Assembly: GCA_030141605.1 (NCBI GenBank)
Contig: JAQGDQ010002043.1
Span: 1 to 16,852, forward strand
Origin: Tubiluchus corallicola
Lineage: Eukaryota; Animalia; Priapulida
DNA length: 16,852 nucleotides
Reading direction: 5' to 3'
Under the pieces are notes generated by a model that worked only from the letters and a program-made list of their open reading frames with translations, made no database searches and had not been told where the DNA came from. Below, one piece after another: positions 9,179-16,852 of the stretch. How positions within the stretch are numbered: the stretch's first letter is position 1; the number at the start of each line of letters is the position of its first letter. A program made the position numbers and the translations under genes.

Positions 9179-9270
9179 ACCTGATTAACCTAGCCACTGG
9201 GGGGGGGGGGGGGCAAGCCAGCCCAACTCAGTGCCGGTCGCAAGCCCGGATAAATAGGGAGCGTTCGGGT
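9179..9270 (+). ncRNA. Twister self-cleaving ribozyme (P1 type) at the 5' end of an RTE-derived element
   Basis: P1 ACCTGA 9179-84/TCGGGT 9265-70. Cleavage loop TAA 9186-88. P2 CCTA/TAGG (9189-92/9255-58), then GCC, P3 ACTGG/TCAGT, P4 CCGG-TCGCAAGC-CCGG, ATAAA and GAGCG. The usual UCCC/GAGGG pseudoknot is replaced by the compensatory UCGC/GAGCG. Confidence 0.88.
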
Positions 9271-9686
9271 CAGGAAGGGCATCCGCATGTAAAAACTGCG
9301 CCAAAACCTTCTATGAATGAGTCGGTGAGACTTAAAGGTAAAGTTCAAAAAGAAGTGGTCAGACCCGCTCTGATCTATGGGCTGGAAGCAGCTTCTCTAA
9401 AGAAGACCGAAGAGAAGAAAATGGGTGTGGTGGAGATGAGGATGTTGAGATGGATGGTGGGAATAACAAGAAGAGATAAAATTAGAAATAATAATGTCAG
9501 AGGAACAGTAAAAGTAGTGGAAGCCTCGCAAGATTGCGATGGTATGGACACCTGAAAAGAAGAGTCGGTGAAGATCATGTGGGAAGGGAAGACGTAAATG
9601 AAGAGATGGTCAACAACAGGAATGCGTGGAGAAGACTCATTCACAACGGCGACCCCGAATAGGGAAAAGGTGGGAAGAAGAGGAAG
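9188..9686 (+). mobile_element. Non-autonomous, internally deleted RTE-clade non-LTR retroelement
   Basis: Perfect 17-bp TSD ATTGTTGAACCTGATTA (9171-9187, 9687-9703). Twister at the 5' end. RTE-type ORF C-terminal remnant KGKVQKEVVRPALIYG..EMRMLRWMVGITRRDKIRN. 3' CCC-GAATA-GGG hairpin and GAA-rich tail. Confidence 0.92.
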
Positions 9687-10563
9687 ATTGTTGAACCTGA
9701 TTAGCTTGCTGGCCAAAGTGAGAACTTTCATTTTTTACACAATACTGGTTAATCTTATTACAGTACAATGAGTATTTGCAGGTAATAACAGCTGACGGAC
9801 ATTCTTAAGCTTTGAAATGATCACATTTTTATGCAAATACCGTTTTTTGAGGGGTATGTGTATTTGGAGTAATTTTCTTTTAGCGTTGCTGTTATGTAAT
9901 CATTTACTAATAATTTTAATATGATGCCACCCTTATATTAAATCAGCTTGTATTAGCTTGTGTCAAGTTCATCTTTATAAAACAGCAGTCTTCGTTGGTA
10001 CTCTGTGCCGTACAAAGTATGGCGAAATTTGACCAAACAGTTAATAAAACTGTTTTCTTACAGAAAAATATATGGATTTTCAAATACCTGGATTTATTTA
10101 AAACTAAAGAATGGTTAATTTATTTTATATTAACTTCTACAAAGCCAGTGCTAACCTGATTATTTCTAACAGAAGTGGCAGTGATGAGAACTTGAGTTGT
10201 GATGTGTTAGATGATCAAAAGTTTTTTACTCGTGTAACTTTTTAAATAAGTTTTTGTCTTTTAGGGTGATATTCTTCTACTGTTTGTTACTTTAGTATTG
10301 TAATCTGAAGTCAAATATAAAGCCTGGCATAACAGATATGATACAAAAGACATTTTTCTTCCGCCAACTCAGAAAAGGTGCAAGGTTTCATTAATACGGA
10401 TACGCAGAAAACTTGGCTATTTAACGCATAGTGATTTTCTAAATGGCTACACCAGTTAGAGGTCGGTTAAAGAGTTAAACACCTCAGACCTCAGAGGTAC
10501 CCGTCCTGCCACAACAACTTGCAAACAGGATTGCACAGAGCCAAACCGTACAAGAACTCTTAC

Positions 10564-10688
10564 TTGTTCGACGTTAATGTTGTCTTTAGCACTGGTTTCA
10601 AACAGCTGGATTCCCATCTGATCGGCAAATCTTCGAGCGTCTTCCGTTAATACAACCTTGTTCTCCGGATCGTCACACTTGTTACCAA
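10564..10688 (-). CDS. Rab35: Rab35 internal coding exon (125 nt): VGNKCDDPENKVVLTEDARRFADQMGIQLFETSAKDNINVEQ
   Basis: Contains the G4 (NKxD) and G5 (ETSAK) motifs. Acceptor tttttcag at 10689-10690, donor gtaaga at 10562-10563, phase-0 end. Confidence 0.95.
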
Positions 10689-11516
10689 CTGAAAAACAAG
10701 TGAACAAACAAACATGAATACGATGCATAAAAAACACGACGTGATTTAGATTATTTCATACAATTTTTCTTACCAATTGTATCATATTATATTATATTAT
10801 AGAGTTGAAATTGTCTCCTCTCTCGACCAGAACTTCGGTACTCGACCAACACGTGATGGACGCATGCGCGTCGAGCCGAGTAGAGCCGAGCGTAACCGAC
10901 CGCGCCCGAGAGTAGTCATGCACAACATTTGAATCGCCTAACATCGCCAAGTTCTTTCTCCGCTTTCTCCTGTTACCAACACGTAAGGTTTTTTCATGCA
11001 GCAATAATCATGTTTTTCTTTCTAAGTAATTCCATTATGTGTTTCTTATCAATTATATCATATCTACTGTTTGAATAAGCATTTTTGCATTATTATATTT
11101 CCTTTTAGTAATACTTAACAGTTCATTTGGTGCTTGTGAACGGATTATTTGCTTTTACATTATCTCTTATGGCAATAAATGATTCAATTCTCAACCAAAT
11201 CGGTTTTCAAACACTTTTTAGGAGCAAATTATGGTCGAAAACAGAGGTACCACTGTATTCCCCTTTCAAAATTTTAAAGAGTAGATTGTTTTGACATACA
11301 GTTTAAGATTGTGTCCAGTTTTGCTTTAATAACTTTCTATTTGCACAAGTTATCGTACATTTTCATTAAAATATTTTACTAACCACATTAGTTGCTATCA
11401 GCACTGCAATTAAACAACAGAAAGGGGTTGTAATGTGAACATAATTTTGTACTTTTACTGTATTAAGTACAGCAGAAAACAAAAAGCAAATTAAGCAAAA
11501 CAAATATGGAACTTAA

Positions 11517-12154
11517 AGCACAAGAAAACCCTTGATAAACATACAAGCTTAAAAAAATCCGTCTCGAAATTTTATACCACTTACATACTGCCTTCAACCG
11601 GCAGTCACGCTGTAAAAACGTAAATTTAAATTCTCGCGATGACCGTTAGACGATGGGTCATTTGAAACAAGTTTAGACAACACTGAACAAACTTTGGAAA
11701 AATAATCAGAGCATTCGTAACACACATGCTGCTACCTAAGTAAACTTTTAAAATTACTGCATCTTGTCAATAAAATGAAAAACAAATGTTTGGCTAGTGA
11801 GTGGCGCACCCTGGAGGATGAGTCGGCAAAAGTATTCTAAATAATTAATGACTTTCTTTTCTAGTTACATAAGTCTTTCAAGCAGGTATGAGAAATGCTA
11901 AGTAATATAGATTTGCACCGAAAGTTTTCTTGGGACATAATTTAACATTTTCCTTTCTTCCCCTGGTTTATGTTTGCGCAAGTAACGTGATGTAATGGCG
12001 CTGTCGGTGCAGTATTGCGGGAGACTTAAAATGAAAACAAACAAAAATTCCTTGCAATGCAAGTACGATAAATGCATGAAATTGCTGTAATGTAATATAA
12101 TTTTTTTAAGGCAATTTTTCTGAAACCTACTTCAGGTGCCCCTTTTCTTGTGCT
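11517..12154. mobile_element. Kolobok-like MITE
   Basis: TTAA|AGCACAAGAAAA ... TTTTCTTGTGCT|TTAA: perfect 12-bp TIR, TTAA TSD, RR..YY termini. Confidence 0.85.
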
Positions 12155-12199
12155 TTAAGAAAGGAGAAACTTCGGAAACGAACGCGCCACTGAAAAAAT

Positions 12200-12400
12200 T
12201 TAAACTGCACGATTAAAACTCTCCATCACAGCAGGGGCAATGTTAAATGATTTGAGTTGACTTAAAAAGTACAAACTCGGGCGGGCCTTTTTTACACAAC
12301 AGAGCACACTAGCTTCCCATTTAAGATCATCTGAAAGTTTTATTCCCAGAAATTTGAAATCTTTAGCAATTTCTACAGCTGCATTATTTATAAGCAACCG
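12200..12400 (-). mobile_element. Rex1/Babar-like LINE reverse-transcriptase C-terminal relic
   Basis: INNAAVEIAKDFKFLGIKLSDDLKW...VKKARPSLYFLSQLKSF resembles the FKFLG..ISxDLxW..KKAQQRLYFLRxL motif. Confidence 0.75.
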
Positions 12401-13756
12401 TGCTTTTTCATCAGTAGACTTAGACTTTGCTTCAATAATTAACCGATTAAAACATGTATTAAGTGACATTAGAATTTACTTCGCGAAAAACGGAAACGGT
12501 AAGTAATTTTTACCGAATATCCACAAATAACGCGACCGCGTACGATAGTTAGATTAATTTTAGCTAAATAATTTGTTAACAGTACAGATTTCTTGACCCC
12601 CAAGAATTGCTGAGTGCACTTTTTGATGGAGCATGTGGCCAGTCTAATTGCAGTAAATGTACTTTGTGTTGCCAACAATTATGGTCTCATAACCTAGATA
12701 CAATTTTTCTAAACTTCTACTGCTAAACAGACACCAGAGAATAGTAAGAGATGCCTAAAATAATCTAATAATAAAATCTCATAGTGAGTAATTAGCTGTA
12801 CACGAATCTGTTCATCCTTTAAAGGGACGATTTTTCATATACTACCCCATTTTCAAGTCCAATAAAAAGTATACATTTTAACACAATTAATACTGCAAAA
12901 GCGTTTCTGATAATAGATTAAAAACTTCATTAAAGGCGGGCGAGTCCAACTATTGATGACATCACAAACTAACATAATTTTCAACAGCAAAAATATTCCA
13001 TGAGCGTGTTGCACGTGTTTGCGAAAGCGAAAATTGCAGTACAGTGCTACTGTGAGATATTTAGTGTGTTGTACTAAAACCAGACAAGTTTTAAGATAAA
13101 AATTCAAATTTCAAATTTACCACTGTGCTCACGCACGAGGTGTCGAATGTGTGTAGTTCGTCACAAACTAACACATCTGAACTGAGAGGTACAGCACATG
13201 TTTTTTGTACAATGAGCTTCTGAAATGCAGGCACTAGTGCCCGTCTAACTAACTTTTCTTCAGGATAGTACTACTCTACTTTTCTTTAGGACAAATGGCA
13301 CTGGAGGAATGGACGTTGAAAATGGGAGCGCCCAAGCTACATGACTTTAAATTGATTTTACCAGTTACAAGAGGCACTTATTGCAGTTTTATTACTAAAT
13401 CCTTCCAACATTTTTCGAAAACATGGAAATAAGCCTAAACTTATAACCTTCCTAACTTTCCTTTAAACATGTCCCCAAAAGAACCAGCCTCGCCCCAGGA
13501 AGATCATAGGGATCAAAAAAAGTACCTCTATTACATGTAGTCGGGCAAACACTAAACACCCGTAAAAATGTAGGCTCCCTCGGGCAATACACTTGCCCTC
13601 ATCCCACCTCCTTTTGCTATGCGGTACATTCACCTCTATTCTGCATACGAAATTTCCGCCTAGGAATGGTTTTTACTGGCAAAATAGGCCTTTTCACGGG
13701 ATCGTGCCAACTAGCATACCTGACACCCTCCCTCTGTTCTAGCCTAACTATAAGAA

Positions 13757-14280
13757 CGGTTCTTGTCTGATCACCGAAGTTAAGCAACGTAGAGCCTGGT
13801 TAGTACTTGGATGGGTGACCACCTAGGAATACCAGGTGCTGTAGGCTTGCGGGATGCCCACACTGTATCTCGACACTAGACAGAGGAGCTGCACCAGCAG
13901 CCAACAGCCAAAGGGCGGAGGAGGTCAAGTGACGCAACGGCCATGTGTAGAGGAGTAAACCTTCCAAATCAGGAGTGGAGCCCCGAAGGCTGACCAGTGC
14001 AGCATGCTCACTGACTCCGGCAGCTACTGCAGCCAACCTGGTGCCAAACGTATCGCTCCGCTTTCCTTTGGACTACACCAGGGAGGAAGAGAGGGGGTTC
14101 CTGTTGTCTGGGCAACTCAGGATCTCCATACACCTTGCCCAGGCGTGCGCCCTGGAGGCGTTCAAGGATCGCACTGCTCAGCCACAGTCGACGCTGCAGC
14201 TCCATCAATGTGATCAATAACTGACTCTCTTGGCGCACACTCCATTGTCTTCCGAGACAGAAGGATGCCAACCATAATAA
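13757..14280 (+). mobile_element. 5'-truncated copy of the 5S-headed SINE in a Rab35 intron
   Basis: 5S portion 13757-13848 (A box region and TGGATGGGTG C box intact), followed by the same body with several substitutions and indels, ending GATGCCAACCATAATAA. Confidence 0.9.
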
Positions 14281-14488
14281 CAAACTTGACCTTATGCTGT
14301 GAAAAAAGCCAAGTCTACATCATGGCAGCTAAAACACTGTAGACATCAGTTTTAGAACCAGTTGAGAAATCTGGAAGAGAATTTGCGCTAAGTAAACGTT
14401 TTCGTTCAACGGCACCTTACTACACTGTATAACCCTTTTTCACTGTGTCAACTTGCCACAACAGCATTATTTTGACATTTGTACCAAC

Positions 14489-14613
14489 CTAAAATTCTAT
14501 TGACGTTGTCACAGTTCTGGTCTATTTCGTGAAGCCACCGTTTCACATTTGCGAATGATTCGCCGCTACATACATCGTAGACTACTATGACACCGTGTGT
14601 CCCCCTGTAATAC
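14489..14613 (-). CDS. Rab35: Rab35 small GTPase, internal coding exon (125 nt): [41 protein letters not shown]
   Basis: The peptide matches the Rab35-typical [14 protein letters not shown]...VKRWLHEI segment. Acceptor gttacag at 14614-14615 and GT donor at 14487-14488. The phase-1 end joins the next exon as G|TT = Val. Confidence 0.95.
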
Positions 14614-14932
14614 CTGTAACAGACAAGATAACACACATCATACGTTGTACTTTGAATGGTAAAATTAGAGGATTTGCAAAAGCAGGTCAAAATGATTCAC
14701 GTCTTATATCATATGCAATTTTCTAATCTTACTGTACCAAGAATGCAGTACAACATTTGAACTACAGAAAGACATTTTTATTGGCCAGATAATGAAGCAC
14801 TGATTCTCGATATATAATATAGGACTGTGAAATATTTCGTTGTGTTATTTCCTGGCCATGGGAACAAGTTTTATGAGAGACAGAAACAAAGCCAATGAAG
14901 AGAAAGAAAGCTATGTAAATGAAAGTCAAGAT

Positions 14933-15403
<471 letters not shown>

Positions 15404-15405
<2 letters not shown>

Positions 15406-15690
15406 AAGATTTTCGAAAAAGTTTTCGAACCACCAGTAAAAATTAGTCTTACAAAGATCATGCATATCACTAGATTGTGCTGCAATAAAACGATTAGTAA
15501 TTTCTTTAAAATTGTGCACAGAAATCACAGCTAAATTATGCTAATTGCATGATGTTTTAATCGTTTTAGTGATAAAGAACATATGTGATTGAAGTGCTGA
15601 ATTATTCGAATCTATAGTTTTGGATTCGAATCGAGTTCAAACTGAAAAAACTCGTTCGAATCGAATTTAAGCGTTCGATGCTCACCCCTA
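15404..15690 (+). mobile_element. 3' portion of the TTCGAA-rich MITE
   Basis: Similar to 936-1202 and ends ATGCTCACCCCTA. The (GA)n tract sits where its 5' part should be. Confidence 0.8.
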
Positions 15691-15830
15691 ATGTCTGCAC
15701 ATCTAGACATTGTGGATTCCCTTGTTGTGATTTCACTGTCGATGCCATTAATTTACAGCACAAACAGAAGCGGGACAAAAAGTGAGCCCTGTGGTGGGCC
15801 TGAAATGACCTTAATGACGTAACGATCCCA
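15691..15830 (-). mobile_element. CR1/L2-group LINE reverse-transcriptase relic
   Basis: Hand translation VISGPPQGSLFVPLLFVL*INGIDSEITTRESTMSRCAD resembles GVPQGSVLGPLLFLxYINDI...FADD. It ends at the MITE boundary. Confidence 0.72.
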
Positions 15831-15904
15831 AAGATAGTGCGGGTAGTTTTTTCTACTAGATCGGATGCCATTAACCCTTACAAGACAGTTGTAGCTTAAT
15901 GTCA

Positions 15905-16763
15905 CTGTACTACACAGACTGTGTGATTCACATTACTAATATGCATTGTAATGAAATTACCACTATCTGTCCTGAAAGTAGAAATATATGGTTTGTAATA
16001 TAAATTTTAATAACTTCTAAAATAGTTTCTTGAGTGTAGTAGTAACGATGTACGCAGGTCAGATGCAAAAAATCGTTATTAGGCCTTTTTGTACTTGGCT
16101 TAAAACACCGAAACGTGCAAGAAATGCGAGAAGCAATCTGATTGGCTAGTAGGAAGACCAATTAGCCAATCTCTAGGCTTCTATTATTGGGCCTGTTGAT
16201 CTGTCCAGTCGTCTTCTTGGTCATAGCAGGTAGAACATTTTGACTTGGGTATTTTACAAAATAAATTATAAATAAATAAGTTATAAATAAAATTATAAAA
16301 TAACCATGTCAAAATGATCTACCTACTGTGACCAAGAAGACGCCTGGGCAGACCAATTTGTAAGTAGCCAGCAAGCTGAAAAAGTGTGGTCACCCCTGAT
16401 ATGGCGAGATTCTTAGTTTCAGGTTAGGCTCAGTAGTACACGCCTCAATCAGTGGCTATTTCATTGTTTCATAAGATGTAGTGTTCTTATAGATCAGAAT
16501 CATGGATAAGAAAAAGAGGAAGATTGAAGAAGAACAGCAAGTCAAAACATTAATACGCGCTGTACTACACAGACTGTGTGATACACATTACTAATATGCA
16601 TTGTAATGAAATTACCACTATCTGTCGGGAAAGTAGAAATATATGGTTTTTAATATAAATTTTAGTAACTTCAGAAATAGTTTCTTGAGTGTAGTAGTGC
16701 AGTAGTAATTATGTGCGCAAATAGGATGCAAAAAATCGTTATTAGGTGCTACTGTACTTGGCT
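15905..16763. repeat. Diverged ~200-bp direct repeat (15905-16100 and 16560-16763)
   Basis: Both copies start CTGTACTACACAGACTGTGTGAT and end TGTACTTGGCT. Confidence 0.9.
16196..16356. repeat. Hairpin with 64-bp arms and a 33-nt AT-rich loop
   Basis: 16196-16259 versus the reverse complement of 16293-16356: 55/64 match, no gaps. Confidence 0.9.
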
Positions 16764-16769
16764 CCTTGA

Positions 16770-16846
16770 CCAAACTGCATGTGGCCCACAGGAATTGCAG
16801 GAATGTTTAATGTGGCCCGGCTAGTCAGATAATTTGCACACCCCTG
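16770..16846. mobile_element. Probable hAT-type MITE terminus
   Basis: Two ATGTGGCCC subterminal motifs, then TTTGCACACCCCTG. A similar CACCCCTG end lies at 16391-16398. The partner end was not identified. Confidence 0.5.
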
Positions 16847-16852
16847 GTTTAA

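Noticed and set aside
9151-9731. 134-aa and 118-aa ORFs as host genes
   Set aside because: They cross the TSD, ribozyme and RTE remnant, so they are by-products of the element.
10795-10990. CpG-rich patch containing GACGCATGCGCGTC (another at about 8875-9000)
   Set aside because: Probably transposon interior, but no termini, TSD or RNA fold could be supported.
11190-11255. Tigger-like terminus GAGGTACCACTG|TA
   Set aside because: No matching left TIR was found; it is a solo relic.

Overview
This is AT-rich, transposon-dense animal DNA, probably from an invertebrate. The only host gene is the 3' half of Rab35 on the minus strand, with exons at 14489-14613, 10564-10688 and 8708-8848 (ending ...SSRKCC*); its 5' exons are not in the window. 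The ORF track is otherwise spurious or transposon-derived. Three things stand out. (1) A ~500-bp internally deleted RTE retroelement in the last Rab35 intron begins with a complete twister ribozyme fold. The fold has a compensatory pseudoknot change, the element starts at the predicted cleavage site, and the 5' strand of P1 is supplied by the 17-bp target-site duplication. (2) There are three copies of a 5S rRNA-headed SINE whose body appears RTE-derived. (3) A ~6-kb palindrome (arms about 1-2105 and 4005-6015) has its inner junction inside a mariner remnant, next to an RTE 3' fragment with no TSD. The rest is MITEs (mariner/pogo, Kolobok-like, TTCGAA-rich), LINE relics, minisatellites and a long (GA)n tract. 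All alignments and folds were done by eye.
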